A DNA stretch of 63,216 nt, filler included, from Pelomyxa schiedti (taxonomy: Eukaryota > Protista > Evosea), in the NCBI GenBank assembly GCA_020536535.1. It is 15 parts of 15 records of this genome, joined end to end, with 100 filler letters (N's around TTAATTAATTAA, not from the genome) between each part and the next. Parts side by side here need not be neighbours in the genome. Positions count along the whole stretch, not along the records: positions 1 to 4,622 come from JAHLWZ010000764.1; positions 4,723 to 11,288 come from JAHLWZ010000070.1; positions 11,389 to 13,586 come from JAHLWZ010002080.1; 12 more parts are not named here. One strand, written 5' to 3'. Each line of letters begins with the position of its first letter. The first letter of the stretch is position 1. Both the position numbers and the translations under genes were made by a program. The notes under the pieces are model-generated. The model searched no databases. It worked only from the letters and a program-made list of their open reading frames with translations, and was not told the DNA's origin. This document shows positions 1 through 12,789 of this stretch, in pieces.

Positions 1-1613
1 TGACGGCTGCTCTTGCTTTGCTCACAGGGGTAGCTCGATTGATTATGGCTCATCAACCCTCATTGGAGCTCTCGTTCGTTTGCCCAAAGTGCGTGTCGAA
101 GGGCCTGCAATACGGACCCGAAGCGAGAAGCACACTCTCTGAGCATGGCTATAGTTACCTCTCACACAGAACAATCATGGAAGCGGTGGATGATAACCAA
201 GAGGTTATCATTTGCCCGAGGGATCACCAAGTAGCCATTGCTGAGGTTGCACCAGGTGACTTCTTCAATCCTTCTGTCATCAACATCAACAGCGGCAGCG
301 GCAATAAAAAGAATTCCGTGGAATTGGAACAACATGGAATAACCACCCCCATCAACACTGGATATGAACAACCCACGGTTACTCCACATTCCACCGTGCT
401 ATATACCGACAGTGCCGACCCAGATTCTGCCAAACATGCTTTGGAGCTGTTGCTACCAGAAGTGAACACACTGAAAAACGTTCCAGACCATCCCAATGTC
501 ACAAAGTTCTATGGGCTAGCTCTGAGAAGTGATAAAAGCGCTCTGCTGGGAATGAATGAACACCTTCGGCCACTCAGTCTTCCTCCTGAGTTGTTCCCTG
601 CTGCTGTCACCTCGTCATTGACAATAACTTCCCCCTGCAATGAGGTTCTCTCACTGGCACAACTGCTGAAGGTTCTGTTCTGTTACAACCCACTGCAGCC
701 ACAAGATGAAATTCTTCCAATGTGCCTGCGGGAACATATACTGAGAGATGTTGCACGTGGCCTTTCTCACCTTCACAGGCAGTATCCTTCTGTTGTGCAT
801 GGCGACGTTCAAGTTGGTTCGTTGTGCCTGCACACTTTTTCGGTGTGACTAACTTCAATTCCACATCACAGGAAATGTTCTGATCACTTCCTTGGATCCC
901 ACGGGATCAAGCCCTTGGGCAAAGGTGTTTCCCTTCCTTCACCTCGCGTTTTGTTGTAAAAGAGAACTCACACACAAAAAGATTACAGTCGGGATGATTC
1001 CGGCAGATTACAACACACTGAAGGATGAGGTCACCACGTTAACCTTGACCTCTGGCTCTGTACAAACAGGAACAAACATGAGCCCGGAAGCCATCATTCA
1101 AGGGGACACTTTTCCAACCACCCAAGGCGACGTGTGGAATTTCGGTATTTTCAACATTTCTATTTTCAATGGAAGTTCTCTCACAACACACAAAAAAGGA
1201 ATTCTCGTTCACAACGTTGTTGCACCACTCTCCTTTGTAAACCTCAAGTCAAAAACCTCATCATCTCGGAATCCAAAAACCAGTTCCGGCACCCAGAGAA
1301 AAGCAATCCCGGTAGAATCTGCTGCTCCCGGTAACTTTGCCATTCAATTCATTCGTTCCCCGCAACTAATACCGGCAAATATAAACAGTGCCGGAACTGT
1401 CGGTACTAAAATGCACAACGGCACGATCACGACCCTTTGACACAGAAACAACAGGCAAAAATCCCGGTAGTTTTAACTCCCACCCAAATTCCATTACAAA
1501 CTCTCTCACACATAATAAACAGTAGAATTATCCGCAGCCGGAGAGCCCCAACACAACTACAACAACTACAGCGGAATTATTGAGGTGGAGAGGTACCAAG
1601 TGGCCCCAGCACT
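1..1613 (+). CDS. Roco-like C-terminal fragment with pseudokinase, copy 1 (partial, intron-containing)
   Basis: CPKC...CPRDHQV..EVAPGD resembles the end of a COR domain. Kinase motifs follow: HPNVTKFYG, HGDVQV/GNVLI (across an intron at ~820-870), SPE, DVWNFG. Near-identical to 1714-3343. Confidence 0.6.
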
Positions 1614-1713
1614 NNNNNNNNNNNNNNNNNNNNNNNNNNNNNNNNNNNNNNNNNNNNNNNNNNNNNNNNNNNNNNNNNNNNNNNNNNNNNNNNNNNNNNN
1701 NNNNNNNNNNNNN

Positions 1714-3542
1714 TGACGGCTGCTCTTGCTTTGCTCACAGGGGTAGCTCGATTGATTATGGCTCATCAACCCTCATTGGAGCTCTCGTTCGTTTGCCCAA
1801 AGTGCGTGTCGAAGGGCCTGCAATACGGACCCGACGCAAGAAGCACACTCTCTGAGCATGGCTATAGTTACCTCTCACACAGAACAATCATGGAAGCGGT
1901 GGATGATAACCAAGAGGTTATCATTTGCCCGAGGGATCACCAAGTACCCATTGCTGAGGTTGCACCAGGTGACTTCTTCAATCCTTCCGTCATCAACATC
2001 AACAGAGGCAGCGGCAATAAAAAGAATTCCGTGGAATTGGAACAACATGGAATAACCACCACCATCAACACTGGATGTGAACAACCCACGGTTACTCCAC
2101 ATTCCACCGTGCTGTATACCGACAGTGCCGACCCAGATTCTGCCAAACATGCTTTGGAGCTGTTGCTACCAGAAGTGAACACACTGAAAAACGTTCCAGA
2201 CCATCCCAATGTCACAAAGTTCTATGGGCTGGCTCTGAGAAGTGATAAAAGCGCTCTGCTGGGAATGAATGAACACCTTCGGCCACTCAGTCTTCCTCCT
2301 GAGTTGTTCCCTGCTGTCACCTCGTCATTTACAATAACTTCCCCTCATTGCAATGAGGTTCTCTCACTGGCACAACTGCTGAAGGTTCTGTTCTGTTACA
2401 ACCCACTGCAGCCACAAGGTGTGCCACCAGAGGAAATTCTTCCAATGTGCCTGCGGGAACATATACTGAGAGATGTTGCACATGGCCTTTCTCACCTTCA
2501 CAGGCAGTATCCTTCTGTTGTGCATGGCGACGTTCAAGTTGGTTCGTTGTGCACACTTTTTCGGTGTGACTAACTTCAATTCCACATTTCAGGAAATGTT
2601 CTGATCACTTCCTTGGATCCCACGGGATCAAGCCCTTGGGCAAAGGTGTTTCCCTTCCTTCACCTCGCGTTTTGTTGTAAAAGAGAATCTAAGGAACTCA
2701 CACACAAAAAGATTACAGTCGGGATGATTCCGGCAGATTACAACACACTGAGGGATGAGGTCACCATGTTAACCTTGACCTCCGGCTCTGTACAAACAGG
2801 AACAAACATGAGCCCGGAAGCCATCATTCAAGGGGACACTTTTCCAACCACCCAAGGCGATGTGTGGAATTTCGGTATTTTCAACATTTCTGTTCTCAAT
2901 GGAAGTTCTCTCACAACACACAAAAAAGGAATTCTCGTTCACAACGTTGTTGCGCCACTCTCCTTTGTAAACCTCAAGTCAAAAACATCATCATCTCGGA
3001 ATCCAAAAACCAATTCCGGCACCCAGAGAAAAGCAATCCCGGTAGAATCTGCTGCTCCCGGTAACTTTGCCATTCAATTCATTCGTTCCCCGCAACTAAT
3101 ACCGGCAAATATAAACAGTGCCAGAACTGTCGGAACTAAAATGCAGAACGGCACGATCACGACCCTTTGACACAGAAACAACAGGCAAAAATCCCGGTAG
3201 TTTTAACTCCCACCCAAATTCAATTACAAACTCTCTCACACATAATAAACAGTAGAATTATCCGCAGCCGGAGAGCCCCAACACAACTACAACAACTACA
3301 GCGGAATTATTGAGGTGGAGAGGTACCAAGTGGCCCCAGCACTTTCCACTGGCCAATTCTTCGTGGACACAGACACTATGACAACATCAACAACAACAGA
3401 CGCGGCCGGGGGCAAGCAGAAGGCGTGGCAGCGCGTGATTTTGCCATTATGGGCACGGCAGGTTATTTCATGCTGCCTTGTTGCCGATCCCTCATTCAGG
3501 TCTCCAATTGAAACCATCATCAACATCTGGGATCACTTCTGA
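1714..3542 (+). CDS. Roco-like C-terminal fragment with pseudokinase, copy 2 (5'-partial, multi-exon)
   Basis: Same motifs as copy 1. The last exon (ORF 3315-3542, CCLVADPSFRSP) matches kinase subdomain XI. Confidence 0.65.
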
Positions 3543-4522
3543 GGATGGGGATCAAAAAAAATTTCCATTGGTTTTTACACATGATGTGCAGGGGAGTATG
3601 AGTCACACTCACAACAAACAAGGTTGCTGAGTTATTCTGGGCTGCCCAGACTGTCATTGACAATGTAAGTGAATCATCACCATGGATCCAACCAGTCAAA
3701 GCAAGATCGCACCTGAATTTAGATTAGTTCTCCTAAAAAGATCGGGGGAAGAGCAGCATAAACACGAAGCACGCACCACTGCCGGGTATTTGGCAAGAAG
3801 ATCGGCAACATGAGATGCCTCCCGCTCGGAAAGAAGACGGAAGTCAACGGCATTTATTATCCTCACTCTATCGGCATTCTTCCGCTGAATTCCGCACAGC
3901 CGTGCGTGTATTGTATGTATTCGCCTCCCTTCATTGTGGAATAGTACGAGTTTTGATCACTCGCTTTTTTGTTAGATAATTCAAGTGATAGAAAAAAAGG
4001 AAATACATGGCAGGTTTCAAGAGGAATAGAAACTGTGAGTTGATAACAGATGGCTGGACAAACCACCGCATTTCCAGTTAGATTCAACAAAACCATAGAC
4101 TGGCTCAACAGAGCATCTTGACACCATTTGTGACAAAACAACATACAACAAATAGGCAAATCGACAGAACGTTTAAAAATTCCCCTCTGCCCAAACAACA
4201 TAGCATCAGCAGATGCACCCCGCCAAAAGGAAAACTGGGGCCACCACACCACATACCAAACTTGAACATTTGCCGTAAGTGCAGAGTTGGCAACATAAAA
4301 CATCTTGCACCACACCACCCATACACGCGTCCCCCACCGCGTTTTACTCAATGCAACATCTCCAAGTTTTTGTTCTTCAAAATTGAAGTGTGCTGTGATT
4401 GTTTGAGGACGCGTTTGTGGCACTAAGGTTGGGATGAACCTTCACACATTAGTCTCTGGTGAGTCCAAGTCAGGAAACCCAAAGCAAACCAAAAACAACA
4501 ATTGAAAGCAACCCATCATCAA

Positions 4523-4622
4523 ATGGCCACCGCAAGCGCGGGCAGTGAGGTTGGGCGATGGGAGTGGTTCGATGCCGTGTATCAAGGCGACATCGACACA
4601 ATGCGGGTTCTTCTGGACGGCG
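4523..4622 (+). CDS. N-terminal fragment of an ankyrin-repeat protein, cut by contig end
   Basis: MATASAGSEVGRWEWFDAVYQGDIDTMRVLLDG aligns with EWFRAAHRGDTDTLRRLLAG of the genes at 30590 and 33049. Confidence 0.6.
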
Positions 4623-4722
4623 NNNNNNNNNNNNNNNNNNNNNNNNNNNNNNNNNNNNNNNNNNNNTTAATTAATTAANNNNNNNNNNNNNNNNNNNNNN
4701 NNNNNNNNNNNNNNNNNNNNNN
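4623..4722. other. Artificial contig linker (N-TTAATTAATTAA-N, stops in all six frames)
   Basis: The same 100-nt linker also starts at ~11289, 13587, 28285, 29778, 45279, 47641, 50733, 54731, 55974, 58286, 59529, 60937 and 62089. Plain 100-N gaps start at 1614, 8767, 32240 and 42068. Confidence 0.97.
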
Positions 4723-4732
4723 AGTTGGGTGT

Positions 4733-7700
4733 TTATAGGCTCAAAAGATTGAGGTTGTAACGGGGAGATGAGGCGGCATCAAGGAATGACAGCAACGCAC
4801 GAGCAGCAGCAGGCACGTCACGCAGTGCCATGTTGCAATAAACAAGCCTCATCACTTCATTCACGGTAACTTGAAGTGAATTGGATGGAGACACTGATGG
4901 CACAACATCAACGCCGAGGCGCAGCCCGTTGCGCTGGAAGATGTCTGTCAAGGTCTGCCTGTGTTCCTTGAACAGCGACTGTCTCATGGCCGCGATCATG
5001 TCCTCACGTGCCTGTTGCGGGCATTGTTGTGTCTCCTGCCGTGTGGTCCCTGTAGATTGCGGCAGTGCTGATTGTGAGAGCGATGGCGCGGCCGGTGCCG
5101 CGGCTGTGACATCAGAGAATGACTTGGCCATGGCTGCTCCTTTGTTCTGTTCGGTGTTTTCAATGTGGGTCAGGAACTGAGTTATTACGAGGAGAGGGAG
5201 TGACAGAATCGCCCCGCAAGCGAGGAGGGCCTCGTGCGACGTGGGCCGTCGGCTGCAATCACGCTCAAGAAGCCACCCAACAAGCCCGGCGAGAACTGCA
5301 TCCAAATCGACGGCAGGTGGTGAGGATGATGATGTTGTGGTGCTGGATGCGGACGATGATAATGCGGCGGATGGCGGAGGAGTTTGATGGCTGCTGGTGT
5401 TGTTTTTGCGCCTGGGGATGACTGGAGGGAGTGTGGTGTCACGTATAAGGTTGATGGGGGTATCGTTTCCACGCGCGAAAGGGTGCCTCCCGGAAAAAGT
5501 CTCAAAGAGAACACAGCCAACAGCCCACACATCGTTTTTGAGAAGTGGGAATTTCATAAGTGCCTGTATCACTTCAGGTGACCTGTTGCACATGTTGCCA
5601 GGGAATGTTTCACCGTTGGGCAAAACCAGGGGTTTCCCATCCTGACAAAACACAGCGGTTCCGAGGTCACAGAGAGCCCAGATGTTTCCTTTGATGTGTG
5701 GCCTCTCCATCAGCAGGATATTGTCAGACTTGATGTCACAGTGGAACCACCCTCGTGTGTTGAGGTGGTCAACTGCACACAGCATGCAAAACGCAAGCTG
5801 AAGCACATCCCTCGTTGTGCCAAGCGGGTGTTGTGGTGGTTGTGAAGATATGCCATCCAGTTCGGATGGTGATCCCTGAGAATGAGTGATAGGTGTATTT
5901 TTGGGTATAGCACGGAGCGTTGAAAGGAGGGACTCCAGAGTGCACTTCCCGAGTTCCATTGTCATGAACGTTGTTCGTTGAAACACTGGGATCGCGGCCC
6001 GGTCGTTTGTGCACCCTGACACCCAATTTCGATCTTCGTCAACAATCGTGTATTTCATCCTCATGCTCTCTCCAATCAACGAGAGTGAAGTATGGCCGCG
6101 GAAGTGGTTGAAGACATTTGTGAAGCACCAGTGTGGGTGCATCACTGCGACCTCGTATTCCCTTTCGAATTCAGTCCTCAATTGGAGGGTCTTCATTCCT
6201 GCACTATAATTGAACATCATCTTCACAGCCACCTCTTTTGGTCCTTTGGTGGGACCGTGGTCATCAGTAACACATAGGCCTCTACGTTGGAACACAATTG
6301 GAACTCGGCACACGGTCCCAAATGAGCCATTGGCAATGAAGGTTGCCCTTGTCAGATCAAGATCGTTTAACTCCACCAGAGCCATCCTCCCTTTTTGGAA
6401 TCCACAGAGGACTGTCTCCAGGTTGCCACCAACCTCCAGTGCGTAGGCTTGTTGTGCAGCAACACTCTCTTCAGCGTTTGTATGTTCGCTTGTTGTCTTT
6501 TCTGAACGACTTTGCATCTCCTCAAATGTACTTCTTTGCTGACGTAAGGCATTTTCTTTTTCCACTTCTAGGGCACTTTTTTGTTGCTCAAGTGCGTGAT
6601 GCTTCTCAGTGTTAAGCAGAAGCTCTTGTTGCCTAAGAGCATTCAGCTTTTCAGTGCTGAGGGTACTGGCTTGTCTCTCCAAAGTATTCCGTTTTTCTAT
6701 GTTGAATGAATCTGCCTGCGCTAGGAGTGCACCTTCCTTTTCCTGGGAGAGTTCAACTTTTTGTGCTGCCAGAGCGTTCTGTCTTTCAGAGACCAGCATT
6801 CGTTTTTGTTCGTCCAGTACTTCACTGTGAAACTACATCATGTATGTGAATTGTATGGTTATGTTCCCTTTCAAGAATAACCTCTTTCATGAGAGTAACT
6901 AGCAGCACAACGTGCTGTGCGCAGGATTTCAATGAAACGGGAGATGCAGTGAGCGATTGGTGCAGATCAATAAGGCTACTAGCCGCTTTGGTGGGAATTG
7001 AATGTTTGTGGCTACAATCTAACACGGAGGGAATGAGCTCCACACATTGCCAGAGAGCAAGTCCATCTTGGAGGTAATGCTCAAGCCAATAATCATGGAG
7101 CAAAGGAGCAAACACAACTTCATCGCCATTTTCTGAGAAGTACTTGGCTCTAGGATGCATGATTGTTTGGTTAAGTGTGTGGGAAGAAGTTAACACACAT
7201 AATTTTACCCTCATCGGTACTTCCCCTGCCATTTACTGCTTTGCATAGGTCTGGGATCTGTTATGTGGTTTCAGCTGAGTTAATAAAATAATTGGTTTGG
7301 TTTGTTAACCAACTTGGTTGAGCCACACATTCCCATGTGCGAACTGCTGCAAGTTTACCAACACTGAACCAATAACTTTGTCAAGATCCTCAGATGGAAT
7401 CACCTTTTCTCCCTAAAACTGGTGAGAGATGCTCAAGGTCTTCAAAGGCTCTCAAAGGGAGACACACATAGTGGTTCCTTGCAAAGTCCATGAAGTACAC
7501 CCCGAAGAGAAGACTGCTATTCACCAAGAAGTGCGTTACCTAGTTTGTGGTTTGTGAGAAGAGACAATCGAAGGGAGGAGCAAGTCATAAAACATACAGC
7601 TTTGAGGTGCCAATCACACAAGTGGATGGATTGTTGTAACTCATTACAGAGATGCTCATAATCCCTTAGACATAGTTCCGTCTATTTTGTACACAAGTAA

Positions 7701-10700
7701 TTAATTGGGGTTGGCACTAGGGTGATAATGCAAAAGTGATAGAGGTACGTGGACATCAAATCCAGGCGGGTGAATTCCTCCCTTTTGTGCAAGCCAAAAC
7801 CACACAATTTGTAAGTGGTGAAACCTCTCTTGCAACAGGATGCAAATGTTGTTAATGTCGGGCAGTTCAACATCTGGGAATAGTGCGTGATATATTTCGT
7901 TCAGGTGTGTACTATGTGTTGGGGGTGCCTTCCTTATTTTATGTGGGTGACCACATTGATACAGAAGGGGAGTACCAAGATTTGATCTCTTGAAGGGTGA
8001 CTTGCTTATTACAGATTCGCTCAACTTGTGCTCTGATGGTGCCACACAACTGCTATTTTTAAGTTTGCTTGCTTCTGGAGGTTGTTCTAACCTGTTGGCA
8101 CCCCGCTTCATAAAATTTGAAGAAAGGGTGATCTGATTCCAAATCTTTCAATCGAAACAAGGGTAGGATGGATGAAGAGAGATCCATTACTTGATTAACC
8201 GCTATGGTACGCCCAAGTTGCACACTCTGCATCAAAACGGCGATTACAATAGAGCTCTCGCCCTCCTGTTTCGAAAGGTTCGAGAGGTGAGATTGGATCC
8301 ATGTTCCAAGTGAACAAAGTTGAACTGCAGTCGATCCGACTTGGGGTGCTTCAGCACTATAGTTCATGTGGAAAAAAAGGTGTTGGTAAAGGGTCTGTAT
8401 TCGTAAAAGGGATAGGAATACCTGACAATGAGGGCGGCTGGATGGAATGGTGATGGTGATGGTGCGAAAGAAAAGTGAGATAGAAGTGAGACAGAGGAAG
8501 AACAAAAGTGAGTTCATCATACAAACTGTTTTGAGCATGAGAAGAAACAGTGGTGACTGCTGTTGGTCAGGTTTTTCCTTTTCATACAGGAACAATGCTT
8601 TGACAGTGTTGGCAAATTCCCTTGTCAACGGTTTTGCATCCACCTAATTGTTCTCAGAAAAAAAAAGGGGTTGTTCATGGACCTTTTTCATGATGATGTC
8701 TTTCATGCAGATGAGATCATGGTGATCCTCAAAGGAAAATAGTGTTGAGTAGTCAGGGCAATAAAGNNNNNNNNNNNNNNNNNNNNNNNNNNNNNNNNNN
8801 NNNNNNNNNNNNNNNNNNNNNNNNNNNNNNNNNNNNNNNNNNNNNNNNNNNNNNNNNNNNNNNNNNAATTGTTCTCAGAAAAAAAAAGGGGTTGTTCATG
8901 GACCTTTTTCATGATGATGTCTTTCATGCAGATGAGATCATGGTGATCCTCAAAGGAAAATAGTGTTGAGTAGTCAGGGCAATAAAGCGAAATCCGGAGG
9001 AAAGAAGAAACATTTCTGTGCCTATTGCTGTTAACTAATATGAAATGAGAGGGTTGGTGACACACATGAAACTGGAATTGAATGACTTGTGAAGCAAATC
9101 GCGCAATGGGAGGAACTTGAGTCTACCAGACTGTGGACTGAGATTGTATCGGGAAACCAGTATTTGGGCATATTTGTCCAACACCCAACCAATTTGATGT
9201 GGTTCCCACACAAGTGCATTCCTCCACAAGATGCTTTGGAGAATTTTGAGTTCAAGGCACATGATTGGAAGTCTATCATTCCTTTATCAGAATATAGAAA
9301 CCAAAAAAAAAGAGATGTGTACTGTTGGAGCGTGGCAAATGAGGAAAGCGATTGAAAAAAATGAGTCACTGATATATCAAAGAACTTGAGATCGTTTTCT
9401 GATTTGACAACCTCCAGTAATGCAGTTCTGACAGCCTCCAGTCCATACTGGAGGGTTCTCTGAAAAAGAAGAAAAATCGAGTTGTGAGACGACTGAAGAA
9501 AAGAAAATAGACGGAGATAGAAATCAGCATCCAAGAAATAAGCAAACCTCCAAGAAAGGAGCAATGAGAGACTGCCTCTCTCCTCTGCATAAGGAAATGA
9601 GGAAGAAAAAACCTAAGTCAAGAAGTACAAACAGATCTTCTAGACCAGCAATCCATTCCAACCAATACCACCATGATCCCATCCTCTGTGCATTACCAGT
9701 CTCTCCTTGTCTCAGTGAAGGGCACGTGAGGTTGAGCAAATCATGGTAATAGTTGTTGAATTCCTGAAAAAACAAAAACAACCAGGATTGTATGAGTGAG
9801 AAATAAGGAGATAAGAAGGAATTGTGGAAGGAGAAAAATCCGAATTACATGAGTGTTCCCTTTGGGAATGGAAAAGCCACAAGGACAAATCCAATAAATG
9901 TTTTTCACAACAATATCGCGTGTTGCCTCCGCATTTTCTTCACGGGCTGCACTTTTGATTGTATTCTGAAACAGCATGACGGCCCCTTGCAACACACTCA
10001 GTGACACCTTTGGTGGCATCTTTGATGAGAGTTGCTTGTAAAGAACTGGTGGTCTGAATTCCCCCAGAAACAGGTGAAAGTTCAACAAACAAATTGACAA
10101 AGCATACTTATTGAAGAAATCAACAATAATACTGGGAGAACATCGTGGGAAGAACTGCTCCCGAACGAAACTGTCCCATGCCCACAGGAGCTGGTTTTTA
10201 AAAATAAACAAGGAATAAAGGGATTACCCAACAAAAAACCTGAGACTCATTTTGAATCCCTTGGATGAAATTCAGGGCCAAGTGCAAAATTTGAAGTTGA
10301 AGTTCACGTTTTGGCTATGATCCAGCAAGTGAGAGGTCGAAAAATTTTGGAATGATACAGTCAGATAGGTGCTTTGCAGAAGAGCCACATTTGAACACCT
10401 GCAACCCAAAAGATTCACAAGCACGTCAAACAGGTAACGATCTTCTTGTTGAAGCGCTCTCAATGCCTGTGTCCAACGTGTTAAAAAACCAATAAAAACA
10501 ACAGGAAAACAGACAGTTAAGATTCTGTTGTCTTTTTCTGCCACCGCTGTCTCGTCAGCTGATGGAACATGAAAAATGGAAACAAGGATGTGACTAGCAG
10601 CTTCATTCAGAAATTGGATAGCCTCCTCCCTCTCCTGCTTTTTCTCAACAAGAAGCTTCCTGTGGAAAGTATAAACAGGAGGAAGCTGTGTTAGGGTGAG

Positions 10701-11166
10701 GCATTGATTTCAAAAAGAAAAACTCAGTCTAGCAGCCACGCAACTCGAGGAGCCTCAGGAGCATGTAAATGAAAAACGGAGCGTTGTCAAACAAGTAACT
10801 TCCATATCTGGAGCCGTGTCCCGACAGCGTGCCCAAATACCTCACCGCGGTCAACAACCCCCCGATGATCCACGACACGTGCTCTCCGAATTGTGGGTTG
10901 GTCTTGTTCTCGTTCCACTCGTCGAACTCGTTGAGCAGCCTGAACACCTTCCTGGTGAAATTCGTGTCCAACGGAGTCGTGGTCACGACCAACTGCAAGT
11001 TTATGTCCTCCAGCGGCGGAAGCGTCGTGATGTATTTGGCGACAAGGTCCGATATTCCCACCCCAAGCAACCAGTGCAGTTGCGTTGCGGCGTCGTCGGG
11101 CCCCGTAGTTCCTTTGTGCCGCGCGAATCGGCCGATGACGGACAGGCGGTCCACCAGGCGGTCCAT
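4733..11166 (-). CDS. Large multi-exon protein: unknown helical N-terminus, coiled coil, C-terminal Ser/Thr kinase with PINK1-like motifs
   Basis: ORF 4733-6799 carries NGSFG, VAVKMMFNYS, HCDIKSDNILL, DLG, GN..NRSPEV and KNDVWAVG. Upstream minus-strand ORF pieces separated by short GT-AG introns run back to MDRLVDRL at 11166. Internal exon boundaries were not fully resolved. Confidence 0.7.
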
Positions 11167-11388
11167 CGTTGGGACTGCCCAAGTGTGCACACTTTTTATC
11201 GGGTTTATTAGTTTTCTCAGTCCAGAGACGAGGAACTGAGACGGAAAAAAAAGGCGTTTTCTACAAGACCATCGGCCACGGGGTGCAANNNNNNNNNNNN
11301 NNNNNNNNNNNNNNNNNNNNNNNNNNNNNNNNTTAATTAATTAANNNNNNNNNNNNNNNNNNNNNNNNNNNNNNNNNNNNNNNNNNNN

Positions 11389-11519
11389 GCGCTGCCGCCG
11401 CGGCGCCGCGCCAACCGCCCCGCGGCACAAAACATCAACAAATCCCGGCAAAATCGGGCCGCTTCGCCCTGCCTTGCTCACTAAAAAATTCTGTTTTTCT
11501 CATTTGACTCGCCCCGGTG
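11389..11519 (-). repeat. GC-rich dispersed repeat terminus (putative DNA transposon end), copy 1
   Basis: The reverse complement matches 36151-36285 and, with a deletion, 27043-27110. The end is flanked by TA. Confidence 0.75.
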
Positions 11520-11632
11520 TAATCAACTGACTCAAAGTTCGGAGTGATGTAGTTGACCCAAGACCACGCACACACCAGTTCGCACTTCTCCCACTTGTTT
11601 TCCGTTAAACCATTGAACCTTCTCATCAAAGA

Positions 11633-12778
11633 ATGACTGCACGACGACACACAACAGTCCAACCCATAATCGACACACGATCACAGTTTGTTGCATTTGC
11701 GAGTTCCTCCATCGAGAGGTGTGGTGTTGGCAGCGCAGCCAAGTTGCTGTCCCACAATCCGGCGCTGTGTGAGTTGTTCGGCCGCGACTGGGTCGCCGGC
11801 AGCTGCAAGCAGATCGGCACAACCATCGCCATCCCCTCTGCCCCAGGGCCCGTCCACGTCTTCATGGGCGTGAGCGCCACACTCGGCGTGGTGTGGTGCA
11901 CGTGTTGCGAACAGTTGGAGAGAAATTGGGGCACGTGTGACATCAATGGGTGCACTCAGGGCGATTATGACAGGTTCTTGGAGGGATCAGCCTGGGGAAA
12001 CTCCGCGGTTCTTGACAGCAGGGGAAACGTGGTGGCGACGTTGGATTGTGGGTCGCAGCGGCTGGTACCAGTTTACGGAGTTTGGAAGAGCAACAAAAAG
12101 TGGCTTGTGAAAGTGGACACCTCGTCGAACCTTGTTGTGTGGAGGATGAGAAATGGCGTGCCTGTGTCGTCCAAGGGTGTCGCTGTGAAATGTGTGTCGC
12201 CACTTGGTGGGCTTTCTGCAGGGTTCTCTCCGTTTGACCCTTATGGAGATGAACTGGTGTTTGTTGGGAACTGCCGACAGGGGCCTCTCATTTCGTTTGT
12301 TGATCTGGAGAAGAGTGTTGGTGCCGGAGTCACAGTGAAGGCAAGGGAGAGTGCTTCTCTTCCACACTCAGACCCAAATGTATTGCTTTGGCCCTCACCA
12401 GACACGATCCTCACTGTTCACTGGGATCCAAGTGGGCACCGAGTGTACAATGCAATGACTGGTCGGCTGCTGCACAAGTTTTCAGAGACTGGCTTTGTGT
12501 TGCCTGTTTCACGTGAGCACATTGTTTGGGCCAGAAAAGATTCGACATGTGAAGTGTACCGTGCTTCTTGTTCTGAAGTGAGTGAGCCCTTGTGCCGTTA
12601 CAATTGTGAGCCCCTGAATCGCGACCGTGGTATCTCATCAAATCCACTTTGTTTTGTCAGACAGGATGAGGCACCCTCCTCCACGGCCACACAGGACCAC
12701 CTTGTGACCACTGCATACATTCATTACACCATGACAGGCACACAGCTGGCAATACTGACGATAAGTAACACACCCTGA
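11633..12778 (+). CDS. Family X hypothetical protein (381 aa, intronless)
   Basis: Motifs DTRSQFVAFA..RCG, GVSATLGVVW, NKKWLV and FVDLEKS are shared with other family members in the window. Confidence 0.8.
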   Translation: MTARRHTTVQPIIDTRSQFVAFASSSIERCGVGSAAKLLSHNPALCELFGRDWVAGSCKQIGTTIAIPSAPGPVHVFMGVSATLGVVWCTCCEQLERNWGTCDINGCTQGDYDRFLEGSAWGNSAVLDSRGNVVATLDCGSQRLVPVYGVWKSNKKWLVKVDTSSNLVVWRMRNGVPVSSKGVAVKCVSPLGGLSAGFSPFDPYGDELVFVGNCRQGPLISFVDLEKSVGAGVTVKARESASLPHSDPNVLLWPSPDTILTVHWDPSGHRVYNAMTGRLLHKFSETGFVLPVSREHIVWARKDSTCEVYRASCSEVSEPLCRYNCEPLNRDRGISSNPLCFVRQDEAPSSTATQDHLVTTAYIHYTMTGTQLAILTISNTP

Positions 12779-12789
12779 GCCACCACCAT

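Noticed and set aside
1-3343. Tandem duplication of the pseudokinase as a real genomic arrangement
   Set aside because: Both copies start at the same base and are separated by an N gap, so they may be two haplotypes scaffolded side by side. The same caveat applies to the physical order of the two ankyrin paralogues, although their upstream flanks differ.
4623-4722. Recurring TTAATTAATTAA palindrome as a biological motif
   Set aside because: It is always embedded in Ns and is an artificial linker. Gene adjacency across linkers is meaningless, and ORFs ending 'XXXLIN' are artefacts.
8646-8986. ~120-nt direct repeat around a gap (also ~41950-42290)
   Set aside because: Identical sequence on both sides of a 100-N gap indicates an unmerged scaffold overlap.
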